NCBI RefSeq assembly: GCF_037042905.1
Contig: NC_087252.1
Location: forward strand, 23,934,001 to 23,998,000
DNA length: 64,000 bases
From: Lytechinus pictus
Lineage: Eukaryota
Direction: 5' to 3'
Shown here piece by piece: positions 55,401-63,369 of this stretch. Each line of letters opens with the position of its first letter. Within the stretch, counting starts at the first letter, position 1. Under the pieces are notes generated by a model, which was given only the letters and a program-made list of their open reading frames with translations, did no database searches and was not told the DNA's origin. The translations under genes were made by a program, and so were the position numbers.

Positions 55401-58400
55401 ACTTTGTTAAAAACTTTTAAAACCTTGTAGTTCAAAATAATTTATAAATATTAAATATAACAGCTCAGAAAATGCTATATTTTAGAATGATGACATAAGT
55501 GGTTACCTTTTTTGCCTCAAAATAGCTCTCTATAGCAATCAGGAGAATGTTTTCAACCAATATGAGATTGAAACCAATTGCTATAATTGTAATAAGTCTA
55601 CAATACATTTTTTTCTGAGCTGCTATTAAAGTCCTTACATTTTAAATACAAGGCTTGATCAGCCTTATGTATATTTTAATAGATCTTCTTCATATATCTT
55701 GGAGTTCTGTAGAAATTTTGCTTTAAACATTTCTTTATTGAACCTCACTTAGTATATTATAACTTGTTTGAAAGAAACTTATTCGCTATCATTTGCAAAT
55801 AAAAAGAAAATTTCGAAAAGAAAGAGCAAATGTAACTATAGCATACCAAATTACAATGTCTGTTGTAGGAAGCAGACGACAAATCATAAATTTGCAACAA
55901 AATGCAGGATTCATAGGACCTACATGTAACATTGATTTAAAGTCGATTGCAATTTAAGACTGATGGCACATTTACCATCAATGAGAAATCATACACAATA
56001 GTACCCTACACAACTGCCATTATATAGAATGGTCATAGTTCATTGTAACACATTGTTAAAAAAATGTATTGTAGTTTTACGGCAAAAGGGCGATAGAAAG
56101 GTCTCACTTACTCTCTATTCCACAGCGTGGTCCTTCAAATCCACTGCGACACATGCAAATATTGTTGAAGCAAGTTCCACCATTAAGACAAGGCTCTTGA
56201 CACTGGGGGACTAAGCAGGTGCATATAACGTGCTATCATACAGTATACAGTGAGAACTATTCCATGCAGGTGAGGCACATTAGACAGTGAATAGCGAAAC
56301 TAATTCATACATGAAATGCAGGTAAGGTCATTTATACAGTGAATGGTGAAAACTATTTCACATTTGAATTGCAGGTGAGGTACATGTACTCAGAGATGCC
56401 TGAAAGTTTGAATGCACCAATGCTCTGAATTTTATAAAAATACCCAAAAATATTTTTTCACATCAATCACAGGTATATTACATAAACACAATTAGAACAT
56501 AGATGCATATACATAACTGCGTATGTGCAATAATGAGCAAAACAAATTCCTAAGTGTGTAATTACAGCCATGAATATTTGTGTGAACACACAGATACACA
56601 GATTCAAGTGCAATTATTATGTATGATGTGAAAAAATTGGGATAGTACTGACAGGAGAAAATATAAAAACAAACAAAATTACATAACATACAAACAACTC
56701 TCGGGTAAAATCAACAGTGACTAAAAAATCTGGATATAAACTGATAGGTCAGTATTTCTTACCATAGACCACTAGGGTCATTGCAAGACGCATTGTCAGG
56801 CCAGCAGCACATACGTAGCGCCCTCTGTCATTATCATTGAGTTCTTTCACAATAAGGTAGGAAGCATTCTGAGCAATCGGTTCATAGTAGATTCGGCGGC
56901 CAGGAGCTGCATAAAATTAAATTTGAGGGAAAATATTGATTGTTAAATATGATGCATTTGACATCTACAGCTGTCAGTTGTTTTCATATTTCCAAATTCA
57001 ATGGATATTATTCATAGAATGTTGCACAGGTGTACCACAACACAGCTGGAACAAGGATTTAATTCCAAGATATAAATGTCAAAATTTACAAAATCTAACG
57101 AAAAATAGGGAAATACCTTACTGCAATGCATGTATAATTACCCTAGGTGCATTGTTACAATCATAGTCTTCTGTCCAATATCATTCTATATTGCATGATC
57201 CAATTTATGATAAACATTAAAGATGATAATAATGATATTGGATGACGTTTCTTCATGGGATTCCAGAAATATTCCACTCATTAGGGCCAATATTGCAGTC
57301 TTCTATGATTTCCCAACCTGTGAAATATTTCTGATATCGCATTCTGAATCTTCTAATGTCATATAAACATGCATGTACATGTATTACCTTCTGTTCTGCT
57401 GAGGATAGGCATATCATTCTGGTCATACCACTGTGGGATGTTTGACATACTGGTTGAGTTGGTCTCACAGATGAAGCCCACGGTCTTCCCGACCATGTGA
57501 TCGTTGTTAGGGTTGGGGTAGATGTGGATATTGAATGCCTCAAGGCCTGATTAAAAAAAGATCACAAATTAAAAAAAAAAACATTAATTTAATTTAGTTC
57601 ATTCGGGCAAGGTGATTCATAAAGCTGTTCATAAAGCATGGTTTTATGAACAGCTAGTTCCTTGGCCTTCTCCTAAATAACAAAATTTTACTCTTTTTAA
57701 AATAATCCGAGCTAATTTCCTACAACCCTGTTTAATGAAAAAGAGCAAAATATAGTAAACTTTGCAATCAATATTCAGTCAGTAAAGATAATATTTCAAC
57801 TTAGTACAATGAATTGAAATAATTAAGAATAGTACTCAGGTCACCAATTGTGTGCATAAAACCATCTGTAACTAACTAACATCTTTACGCACAAATATCT
57901 AGTTGCTGTTAGGTTGATGATGGGTTATAAATAATTACATAATAATAATGTTAGATTTATTTAGGGCATAATAATTAATATTTAATTCTCTATGCACTGA
58001 CAATAAAATATATTAAACTTAAACTTATTCAATGTAATCTATTTCAGGAGCTAAATTGATAACTAAAGAGTTATAAGCATTTATGTATCTAAATTAAAAA
58101 TAATATACACATTAGGAAATAAAGGGGTGGGTCTTAAAGAGTTGTTACAATAGTTAACAATATTCAAGTAGAATTCTAATTTCATCATCAATCAAAAGAG
58201 GTTTTAATATTATCTTTGTACTTACTTGCCGAGTGCTGACAGAACTGACCAGTCGATCCATCCTCACATTCACACACGCCATTGAGGCAAACACCTCCAT
58301 TGAAACATGGTGGATCGCAGGGAGCTGAAATCAAGGGACAAAATGACATAGAAATATTATAAAAAAATATAATTGATGTATGTTTTCATCACCAATTGTA

Positions 58401-61400
58401 GTTCTATTATTATGATTATTATTTTATCATTCATATTACCAATATGATTTTCAACATTAATGTCATTATAATCATCCATAATTGTTCTGCCATGTTTATC
58501 TATTACGATCGTTATCAAATTCCTTTTATAAATGTGTAATGAATGCAGTGGGTGAGCAATCTAAATCTACATGACATGACATTGGTTTTTAGTCCATAAT
58601 GCATAAAAAATTGTGTGGAATAGACACAATACTATTATCGAAACAAGATTGGTAGATTTTAGAAAATGAAGACTTACTGATTGCAACAATGCTACAGAAT
58701 GGGCCTGAGTAAGATGCATGACATATACAGGTTCCGTTCACACAGGTCCCTCCATTCTGACAAGGTCTCTGTTCACATCCAGCCACTGAAAACACACAAT
58801 TATAAATACAGATATAAATATAAATCACAAATCACAAGATTCTTTTATTCATCCATATTTTTGGTTATTGAATGTATCTTTGTTCATAGATATTTATTTC
58901 AACTGTGATGGGAATTCAATCTTATAAATCGTATTGATTTAGACTGATTTACCTGTATTTACTTGATTCATATTATGTTGAAGATGAAATGAATGAAATG
59001 AAATATCTTTTGTTAATCGTCATCACTATATGAAAGAATTTACTCTAGATATAATCAGAAATCATAGCGATTCTGTGACTCCTTTTCCATACATTATGAC
59101 ATCTATACTAGAAATAAACAAAAATGCAAATGTTACACTTTCATTTTGGTACACACTTAAATATACATGTATATCCAAGACATACAAAGAAAACAAAATA
59201 TAATTCTGTTACTTTTTTTCATTTTAGTGCAAAATTATACTAAAATGAAACCTTTGTGCCCTGAGAAAACAAACAAGGACATATGAGTTGCTTTATTCCA
59301 TATTCAAATAGAGCAATATAGATTTTGATTTCATGGAAAAAAGAAAGAATTTTTCTTATTTCATGGAAAATAAGAAAGATAACCCCTTTGAAATTATATA
59401 AAGAGGTTTATTTAGGTGCTTTTGCAGAAACCTATTTGCTTCAAACTTCAAAATTACTTGAAAAAAATTGACTTGGAAATAATTACACGTTTATTGCAAT
59501 ATCCACTTAGACTAAATTTGCAATAAATTGTAAGAACTTTGATTCATCAGGAGATCTAAATTTGATTTGCAAAGGATTAAAAGTATTTGGCAATGCCAGG
59601 TAAGACTTACATCTAATTTGGCAATACTGGCCAAGATATCCATAGGGGCATTCACATAATCCATCCAGGCAGACTCCTCCATTTTGACACAGGGGCCAGC
59701 ATTCTATTAACATGTGAGGGAAGAAGGCATTGCAAAAATATATTATCACGCCAATCATGTATGCATCTGTTGACCAAGCACTCTGAAAATCAATCACCTT
59801 ACAGAACATAGTAACAGCGAGGTAAAGAATTTTCATCGATGATTTGGAATCTCCTGATTTGAGGTAATAAGCCTACGATGGATGAATACGGAGGAGGGCA
59901 CACCCTTAAGGGTGAAAAGATTCTGCATCACTGGCTGGTTTGTGAAATTTAAAGCTCCCTAAAATTACTATAAGGAATTATCAATAATTCAGCAAAGACA
60001 AAGAAAAAATATTGGGCAAAGAGAAACATATTAAATGATCTTCATTTCAACATATACTCTGAAATTGCTAAGACATCATGTGATACATACAAACATGTAT
60101 AAAGTCCACAGACTTTAGTTTAATTCAACATTCATGAATTTGGAAATAACATTCATAATAGTGACAACAAATAAAACAATATGCCTTAACACATTATTGT
60201 CTTCCTGTTCAATGCAGTAAAGCAAAACTACAAAATAAAAATATATTCAATGTGACTCAGAGATCAAGGTTTTTAACAAAAAATTGCAACTGACCTCTGC
60301 TTTCACACTGAAGTCCAGAGTAGTGGAGTGGACAAACACAGTTGCCTTGGAAACATGTTCCTCCATTCAGACAAGGGGGGTTGCAAGCTAAATTGCGAGA
60401 AAAGACAATAGTAGTAATCATTTTAAGTGCAAACTAAATACAAAGTGACAGCTGCTGTGTAAAATATTAATTATTTTTAATTCATTTAAGAGCTGACTAC
60501 ATCAACTAATTATACACCATAATTACCAATGAAATACATGTTCATTTATTATCTGTGCCGCTGACTGCCATCTCTTATGCCGTGAACAAATCTCGGTCAA
60601 AATCTGCAGAATCATTTTTATTTCCTCAATGATGAACCATACAGCATATTTAATAGTATTCTCATAGCACTGACATTTTTAAGTCTGGTTTAACTTTGGT
60701 CTACAATTGCATGTGGGAACTGTTGCCAACCTTTATACCCTTTACAGGTAATACAAATTCTTCAATATGAAGTGCAATTTAAATGTTATTGATATTAATT
60801 TTACACTCACTTTCTAATTCACATGCTATACCCTCATATCCAGTGGGACACACACATGCTCCAAAGTTACATGTTCCTCCATTTTGGCAGGGTCGGATGC
60901 AATCTACAAAACAAATATATCCAAAGGTTAAAGGTCAAAGGTCATAGACATCACACTTCTCATTCAACAAACTGTAGTAGTAGTAGATTCAAGATGATCA
61001 TATTAAATAGTAATAATTAATTATGATATTTTTCAATAAATATACATGCATGCATGAATTCTATTAACTCATCATACACAAGTTTCTTGTTGACTTTGAC
61101 TATTATTTTCCATGTAACCTGCAAAAGGTTAGTATACAGTCTTATATCAAATATTGACAAGATTTGAATTATAACAAATTCTGGAATGTATTTTTACACT
61201 TTGGTCGCATTTTCATCAAAAGGGAAGGGGGGTCAAAATTGCCTTGCACAGGTCAAGAGTCAGTAACAGACTGGCACCAATCCTGTTTGTGAGAATTCCA
61301 ATAAAAGTTTATAATTATAAGCTAATGAGAGTACAGGTTTTTATTTAGTATAGAAAATATATTTAAAAAAATTTCATTTGGTATGAAAAACATTAGGTTG

Positions 61401-62498
61401 AAAATTAATTATCAGGTACATGTAGGCGTTCCATTAAGCTATACATTAAGGTATGCAGGACTTTAGGCAGGACCAGGGGCCCGTAACACAAAGAGTAGCA
61501 AGTATCATAAAAAAATTTATGATCGATTGCATTGACTGCAATGTACAATTAATCGTGAAAATTAAGTGTACGATTAATTGCTAACCTTTGTGTTACGAAA
61601 CCCAGAACATCAGAACATGTTCTGGGTGCTAGGTCATCTGTACAAGGATACAATATATCACTTAGAACAAGGGTAACCAATCGTACGTAGTAACAACATG
61701 CATAACTTAAGAATAGCTATATAAAGTGGCCCATGTAAAAAAAGTTATATGTACAATGATAAGAAAATCAATCAGACTTCCCAATGACATTCCCCAATAA
61801 TAAATTATCTGATAAGAGAAAATATAAATGAGATAATGGCTAAATAACACAATTAATATTTTTAGTAGTGTCTCTAAGGAAAATAAAATGCTAAATTAAG
61901 AAAGTCACATTAAAATAGACTCTAGAAAAATACATTAGAGTACAGTAATGAAAAAATATTTTAGATTCTGCAAATGCATAGAAACTATGAAATTAAAAAA
62001 ACCAACACTAATAATGGAACACAGAAATAGAAATAAACATGACATCATGAGGTATACAAGAAAAAAGATATAAAATAAATCTGACATGTAATACATTACT
62101 AAAATGGAATTAATTTTTTTCTCTATCAGATATGGATATTAGTGTAGTTAAAAAAAATCATCTTGGCATAACACAGAGAAATAGTCAAATTTAAAACTTG
62201 AATGCTTTTTAAGAAGCATGCATGAAAGTTACTCCAAAGAGCATATGTTATGGTTGTAAACAAAGTATGTGTATCGATAACTGCTTGAGAGTTTGGGTAA
62301 GTGCATGGATGCCATTGCTGATTACATTCTTTGAAAATCAACGGAGTTTGATGAAGATGAGCTTCTGTTATGTGATTATTATTTTTCTCTTTTGTTCAGT
62401 ATTACCTGGCTCTTCACAATAAGGCCCAGTAAAGCCAGCAAAGCAAAGGCATAAACCATCTACACAGGTTCCCCCATGAGCGCATGGAAGGAGACAAG
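1262..62498 (-). CDS. Large modular extracellular EGF/Ig/Frizzled-CRD protein, internal part (59 exons, ~2,560 aa); both ends outside window
   Basis: Chain of 59 stop-free exons bounded by AG and GT (one GC), each a multiple of 3 nt and phase 1-1, translating to EGF (C-x3-C-x5-C-x4-C-x-C-x8-C), Ig (C..W..D.G.Y.C) and FZ motifs. No signal peptide, TM segment or stop seen in the window. Confidence 0.9.
1872..1970 (-). CDS. Exon 58: EGF-like
   Basis: 99 nt, [27 protein letters not shown]. Confidence 0.92.
2598..2702 (-). CDS. Exon 57: EGF-like
   Basis: 105 nt, [27 protein letters not shown]. Confidence 0.92.
3027..3167 (-). CDS. Exon 56: Ig C-half
   Basis: 141 nt, [23 protein letters not shown]. 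Confidence 0.9.
3736..3885 (-). CDS. Exon 55: Ig N-half
   Basis: 150 nt, [26 protein letters not shown]. Confidence 0.88.
4483..4690 (+). mobile_element. 5'-truncated SINE (same family as 18570..18845)
   Basis: tgtgctgcactcaacccaggtgagg..aatgggtacc core plus (TTA)n tail. Confidence 0.65.
4926..5024 (-). CDS. Exon 54: EGF-like
   Basis: 99 nt, [27 protein letters not shown]. Confidence 0.92.
5900..6202 (-). CDS. Exon 53: complete Ig domain in a single exon
   Basis: 303 nt open frame, [38 protein letters not shown]. Confidence 0.9.
6739..6837 (-). CDS. Exon 52: EGF-like
   Basis: 99 nt, [27 protein letters not shown]. Confidence 0.92.
7300..7440 (-). CDS. Exon 51: Ig C-half with GC donor
   Basis: 141 nt, [20 protein letters not shown], ends GAAG|gcaagt. 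Confidence 0.85.
8134..8350 (+). mobile_element. tRNA-derived SINE
   Basis: A box tggctcagtggc, B box ggttcgatcc, body, aataaa and (TTA)n tail. Confidence 0.7.
8372..8515 (-). CDS. Exon 50: Ig N-half
   Basis: 144 nt, [27 protein letters not shown]. Confidence 0.9.
8600..9195. repeat. (TCCA)n/(TTCA)n microsatellite containing two partial copies of exon 49
   Basis: Direct reading; exon-like copies at 8860..8929 and 9046..9118. Confidence 0.85.
9201..9299 (-). CDS. Exon 49: EGF-like
   Basis: 99 nt, [27 protein letters not shown]. Confidence 0.92.
9320..9697. mobile_element. TTAA-flanked MITE (Kolobok-like)
   Basis: ttaa|aggtattgtttaac ... gttaaccaatcact|ttaa, imperfect TIR. Confidence 0.6.
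10109..10249 (-). CDS. Exon 48: Ig C-half
   Basis: 141 nt, [21 protein letters not shown]. Confidence 0.9.
11400..11558 (-). CDS. Exon 47: Ig N-half
   Basis: 159 nt, [26 protein letters not shown]. Confidence 0.9.
12107..12202 (-). CDS. Exon 46: EGF-like
   Basis: 96 nt, [27 protein letters not shown]. Confidence 0.92.
12265..12460 (+). mobile_element. Decayed LINE (L2/CR1 group) reverse transcriptase fragment
   Basis: [36 protein letters not shown] with an internal stop. Confidence 0.75.
13016..13162 (-). CDS. Exon 45: Ig C-half
   Basis: 147 nt, [21 protein letters not shown]. Confidence 0.88.
13626..13787 (-). CDS. Exon 44: Ig N-half
   Basis: 162 nt, [26 protein letters not shown]. Confidence 0.9.
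14832..14918 (-). CDS. Exon 43: EGF-like
   Basis: 87 nt, [27 protein letters not shown]. Confidence 0.92.
16021..16119 (-). CDS. Exon 42: EGF-like
   Basis: 99 nt, [27 protein letters not shown]. Confidence 0.92.
16854..17125. mobile_element. ~270-bp MITE, copy 1 of 3
   Basis: TIR gggccccgtcttacaaagagttac / gtaactctttgcaagacagggccc; homologues at 45389 and 52272. Confidence 0.8.
17498..17638 (-). CDS. Exon 41: Ig C-half
   Basis: 141 nt, [21 protein letters not shown]. Confidence 0.9.
17795..18373 (-). repeat. Four ~144-bp tandem copies of the 3' part of exon 40 plus its donor region
   Basis: Repeated ccagactggtctctggaaaccttgagggttgtctatctc, units starting near 17799, 17943, 18087, 18230. 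Confidence 0.9.
18374..18529 (-). CDS. Exon 40: Ig N-half
   Basis: 156 nt, [26 protein letters not shown]. Confidence 0.9.
18570..18845 (+). mobile_element. Full-length tRNA-derived SINE
   Basis: A box tggcccagtgg, B box ggttcgaatccc, core ctcaacccaggtgaggtaaatgggtacc, (TTA)n tail. Confidence 0.8.
18875..19609. mobile_element. piggyBac-like non-autonomous element
   Basis: ttaa|ccctaactaggccggg ... cccggccattttaggg|ttaa; subterminal G-run/ttgattcaa/C-run palindrome at both ends. Confidence 0.8.
19757..19915 (+). mobile_element. Decayed tRNA-derived SINE
   Basis: ggtctagtgg..gatttgaatcccagccatggc..gatccaagtgaggtaaatgagcacc, similar to the 18570 copy. Confidence 0.6.
19928..20245. mobile_element. 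Two adjacent ~155-bp MITE copies in opposite orientation
   Basis: caggggatcgtttcatcaa..ttcatgagacactccgctg followed by ccagggagtctttcatgaa..ttgatgaaacgctcccctgg. Confidence 0.65.
20438..20536 (-). CDS. Exon 39: EGF-like
   Basis: 99 nt, [27 protein letters not shown]. Confidence 0.92.
21093..21191 (-). CDS. Exon 38: EGF-like
   Basis: 99 nt, [27 protein letters not shown]. Confidence 0.92.
21597..22558. mobile_element. Non-autonomous Helentron/HINE-like element with internal ~163-bp tandem repeats, copy 1
   Basis: Subterminal IR gtctcacctgcat/atgcaggtgagac, ~5 core repeats (gacctttgaccttg), (GCC)n tract, A-rich flanks; near-identical copy at 39012. Confidence 0.8.
22806..22946 (-). CDS. Exon 37: Ig C-half
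   Basis: 141 nt, [21 protein letters not shown]. Confidence 0.9.
23336..23697 (-). mobile_element. tRNA-derived SINE
   Basis: Reverse strand gtggtgtagtgg..gtgttcgaatccc..ctcgacccaggtgctaaatgggtacc..(TTA)n. Confidence 0.8.
23814..23972 (-). CDS. Exon 36: Ig N-half
   Basis: 159 nt, [26 protein letters not shown]. Confidence 0.9.
24287..24391. repeat. Short hairpin or mini-MITE
   Basis: gcggaccgtgacctggaggagacaa ... ttgtctcctccgggtcacagtccgc. Confidence 0.6.
24463..24564 (-). CDS. Exon 35: EGF-like
   Basis: 102 nt, [27 protein letters not shown]. Confidence 0.92.
25278..25376 (-). CDS. Exon 34: EGF-like
   Basis: 99 nt, [27 protein letters not shown]. Confidence 0.9.
25377..26675 (-). repeat. 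156-bp tandem duplications of the acceptor region and 5' half of exon 34, interrupted by a hAT element
   Basis: gatatcaacaatacaataatg..gcacatcaaat..cattttt occurs 3 times (near 25385, 25541, 26573). Confidence 0.85.
25697..26564. mobile_element. Non-autonomous hAT transposon (868 bp)
   Basis: Perfect TIR caggggttctcaaact/agtttgagaacccctg; 8-bp TSD ctatagag at 25689..25696 and 26565..26572. Confidence 0.92.
27220..27360 (-). CDS. Exon 33: Ig C-half
   Basis: 141 nt, [21 protein letters not shown]. Confidence 0.9.
29235..29680 (+). mobile_element. LINE (L2/CR1 group) 3' fragment
   Basis: [50 protein letters not shown]. Confidence 0.85.
30840..31110 (+). mobile_element. Decayed LINE ORF2 fragment
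   Basis: Frameshifted [33 protein letters not shown] motif chain. Confidence 0.65.
31780..31998 (-). mobile_element. tRNA-derived SINE with (CATAA)n tail
   Basis: Reverse strand tagctcagtcggtagagc..gggttcgattccc. Confidence 0.8.
32012..32455. mobile_element. MITE
   Basis: Imperfect TIR tagaccagttcgtagtt / aactatgaactggctta. Confidence 0.55.
32508..32669 (-). CDS. Exon 32: Ig N-half
   Basis: 162 nt, [27 protein letters not shown]. Confidence 0.88.
33424..33531 (-). CDS. Exon 31: EGF-like
   Basis: 108 nt, [28 protein letters not shown]. Confidence 0.92.
34272..34370 (-). CDS. Exon 30: EGF-like
   Basis: 99 nt, [27 protein letters not shown]. Confidence 0.92.
34825..34962 (-). CDS. Exon 29: Ig C-half
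   Basis: 138 nt, [21 protein letters not shown]. Confidence 0.9.
35653..35817 (-). CDS. Exon 28: Ig N-half
   Basis: 165 nt, [26 protein letters not shown]. Confidence 0.9.
36087..36310. mobile_element. MITE
   Basis: TIR tagagtaccgaag / cttcggtactcta. Confidence 0.65.
37042..37176 (-). CDS. Exon 27: Ig C-half
   Basis: 135 nt, [21 protein letters not shown]. Confidence 0.9.
37598..37900. mobile_element. GC-rich foldback MITE
   Basis: aggagtccactggg..cagtttgcaccagttcgcgccaatgcaaa mirrored by tttgcattggcacgaactggagcaaactg..ccaatggattcct. Confidence 0.7.
38269..38421 (-). CDS. Exon 26: Ig N-half
   Basis: 153 nt, [24 protein letters not shown]. Confidence 0.9.
38818..38919 (-). CDS. Exon 25: EGF-like
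   Basis: 102 nt, [28 protein letters not shown]. Confidence 0.92.
39012..39961. mobile_element. Helentron/HINE-like element, copy 2
   Basis: Colinear with 21597..22558; only a few substitutions and a shorter (GCC)n seen. Confidence 0.8.
40000..40170 (-). mobile_element. Decayed L2-type LINE 3' fragment
   Basis: [17 protein letters not shown]. Confidence 0.6.
40586..40726 (-). CDS. Exon 24: Ig C-half
   Basis: 141 nt, [21 protein letters not shown]. Confidence 0.9.
41455..42460 (+). mobile_element. 5'-truncated LINE (CR1/L2 group): ORF2 C-terminus plus 3' UTR
   Basis: [55 protein letters not shown], stop at 42074; tail aataaataaaccaaaccaaac. Confidence 0.88.
42544..42708 (-). CDS. Exon 23: Ig N-half
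   Basis: 165 nt, [26 protein letters not shown]; an in-frame acceptor 9 nt inside is also possible. Confidence 0.87.
42965..43228 (-). mobile_element. Decayed tRNA-derived SINE
   Basis: Reverse strand ttgtggccaacagg..gggttcaaatcccagc..aggtgaagtgaatggg. Confidence 0.55.
43420..43515 (-). CDS. Exon 22: EGF-like
   Basis: 96 nt, [27 protein letters not shown]. Confidence 0.92.
44541..44774 (-). CDS. Exon 21: Frizzled-type CRD, Cys3-Cys10
   Basis: 234 nt, [46 protein letters not shown]; acceptor ttgtttcccag. Confidence 0.87.
45389..45661. mobile_element. ~270-bp MITE, copy 2 of 3
   Basis: gggccccatcttacaaagagtt ... aactctttgtaagatagggcc. Confidence 0.8.
45707..45937 (-). CDS. Exon 20: Ser/Thr/Pro-rich linker plus Frizzled CRD Cys1-Cys2
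   Basis: 231 nt, [39 protein letters not shown]. Confidence 0.87.
46748..46915 (-). CDS. Exon 19: Ig C-half (alternative acceptor gives end 46900)
   Basis: 168 nt, [36 protein letters not shown]. Confidence 0.85.
46998..47298. mobile_element. MITE
   Basis: TIR gtattctgaactcgggtttaa / ttaaacctgacttcagaatac. Confidence 0.6.
47863..47997 (-). CDS. Exon 18: Ig N-half
   Basis: 135 nt, [25 protein letters not shown]. Confidence 0.88.
48659..48751 (-). CDS. Exon 17: EGF-like
   Basis: 93 nt, [27 protein letters not shown]. Confidence 0.92.
48813..49896. mobile_element. 1.08-kb non-autonomous TIR element
   Basis: 19-bp TIR cagtcagaccgcaggtccc/gggacctgccgtctgactg (1 mismatch), flanked by ccta; internal inverted repeat 49210..49503. 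Confidence 0.8.
50510..50602 (-). CDS. Exon 16: EGF-like
   Basis: 93 nt, [27 protein letters not shown]. Confidence 0.92.
50700..51040. repeat. Degenerate (CAT)n microsatellite
   Basis: Direct reading. Confidence 0.8.
51126..51230 (-). CDS. Exon 15: EGF-like
   Basis: 105 nt, [27 protein letters not shown]. Confidence 0.92.
51742..51834 (-). CDS. Exon 14: EGF-like
   Basis: 93 nt, [27 protein letters not shown]. Confidence 0.92.
52272..52530. mobile_element. ~270-bp MITE, copy 3 of 3
   Basis: agggccctatgttacaaagagtt ... aactctctgtaagacggggccct. Confidence 0.8.
52568..52684 (-). CDS. Exon 13: EGF-like
   Basis: 117 nt, [27 protein letters not shown]. Confidence 0.9.
53349..53495 (-). CDS. 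Exon 12: Ig C-half
   Basis: 147 nt, [21 protein letters not shown]. Confidence 0.9.
54031..54198 (-). CDS. Exon 11: Ig N-half
   Basis: 168 nt, [29 protein letters not shown]. Confidence 0.88.
54736..55263. mobile_element. Foldback MITE with TTAA TSD (Kolobok-like)
   Basis: ttaa|aggaaaccaaaaccc ... gggttttggtttcct|ttaa, long inverted arms. Confidence 0.85.
55285..55380 (-). CDS. Exon 10: EGF-like
   Basis: 96 nt, [26 protein letters not shown]. Confidence 0.92.
56112..56210 (-). CDS. Exon 9: EGF-like
   Basis: 99 nt, [27 protein letters not shown]. Confidence 0.92.
56763..56906 (-). CDS. Exon 8: Ig C-half
   Basis: 144 nt, [21 protein letters not shown]. Confidence 0.9.
57388..57546 (-). CDS. 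Exon 7: Ig N-half
   Basis: 159 nt, [26 protein letters not shown]. Confidence 0.88.
58226..58324 (-). CDS. Exon 6: EGF-like
   Basis: 99 nt, [27 protein letters not shown]. Confidence 0.92.
58678..58785 (-). CDS. Exon 5: EGF-like
   Basis: 108 nt, [28 protein letters not shown]. Confidence 0.92.
59611..59703 (-). CDS. Exon 4: EGF-like
   Basis: 93 nt, [27 protein letters not shown]. Confidence 0.92.
60295..60387 (-). CDS. Exon 3: EGF-like
   Basis: 93 nt, [27 protein letters not shown]. Confidence 0.92.
60811..60903 (-). CDS. Exon 2: EGF-like
   Basis: 93 nt, [27 protein letters not shown]. Confidence 0.92.
62406..62498 (-). CDS. Exon 1 of window: EGF-like
   Basis: 93 nt, [27 protein letters not shown]. 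Confidence 0.92.
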
Positions 62499-62795
62499 CT
62501 ATGACAGACAGATGTAATACAATAGCAAAACAAACAAACATGAAGTATCATATTTATGGATAAAAAAACACAAGTTAGGCAGTGTAGCACATAATAGTTC
62601 CATCATTCAGCAAGAATCTCACTCAGCATCTATTTTGCTTCTTGTCCTCCCATTTATAAGCATAGACAAAAAGAATGGATATATTATATAAAAGACACTG
62701 AGTAAGATTTCTACTCGGGCACCTGGTCAAATGTCAGAGCAATGTCTTTCCTGCAGGAAACCTTGCAAGCAGCTTTTGTTTACCATTCCATCTTA

Positions 62796-63179
62796 GGCCC
62801 AAGATACACATACGTTGAATATAGACCGAGGCCAGCCCCGGAGGTGGCTAGACATATGTGTATCAGCTCACTATTTTTGATTACCGGACTGGACTGAGCC
62901 CACCTAAAAGGCGATGTGAGTCCCACAATTACCCCTATGGTGGCTTAACCACTGAACTAGAAATAGCGAATAGTTAATTTGCTAATAAACAATAGTAAAT
63001 GGTGATGTGAAAAGACAGGCACATGTGTCACTTGAATAGGCAACATGGATAAAGAATATCAAAGAGGTTTCAGTCTACTTCTGACATATGTGTAACACCA
63101 CCCAAATCGCAGGCTTGAGGCTGGCTCGAAACCTGGCGTTGCATGCGGATTCAAACCCAATGCATGTGTATCTCAGGCC
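62796..63179. mobile_element. PIF/Harbinger-like MITE
   Basis: TIR ggcccaagatacacat / atgtgtatctcaggcc, tta/ata flanks. Confidence 0.55.
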
Positions 63180-63369
63180 ATAGAGAATATTATGGGAAAT
63201 GTGTGACAAGTGTAATTGTGGGTCTCCTGCTTATAGACGTGGCACAGACTTTTGACCAGTTGCCTAAAACATCTGATGCAGAACTTTGGTAAGGTGCCTT
63301 AAGCAGGTGAAAAGCACATGTTACCCACATGTTAGGCACAGGTTAAGCCCATATTAAGCAAATGTTTAA

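Noticed and set aside
1262..62498. Naming the gene Notch, tenascin, fibropellin, Dscam, TIE, ROR or perlecan
   Set aside because: No FNIII, CUB, LNR, kringle, laminin or kinase exons are seen, and the domain order fits none of them.
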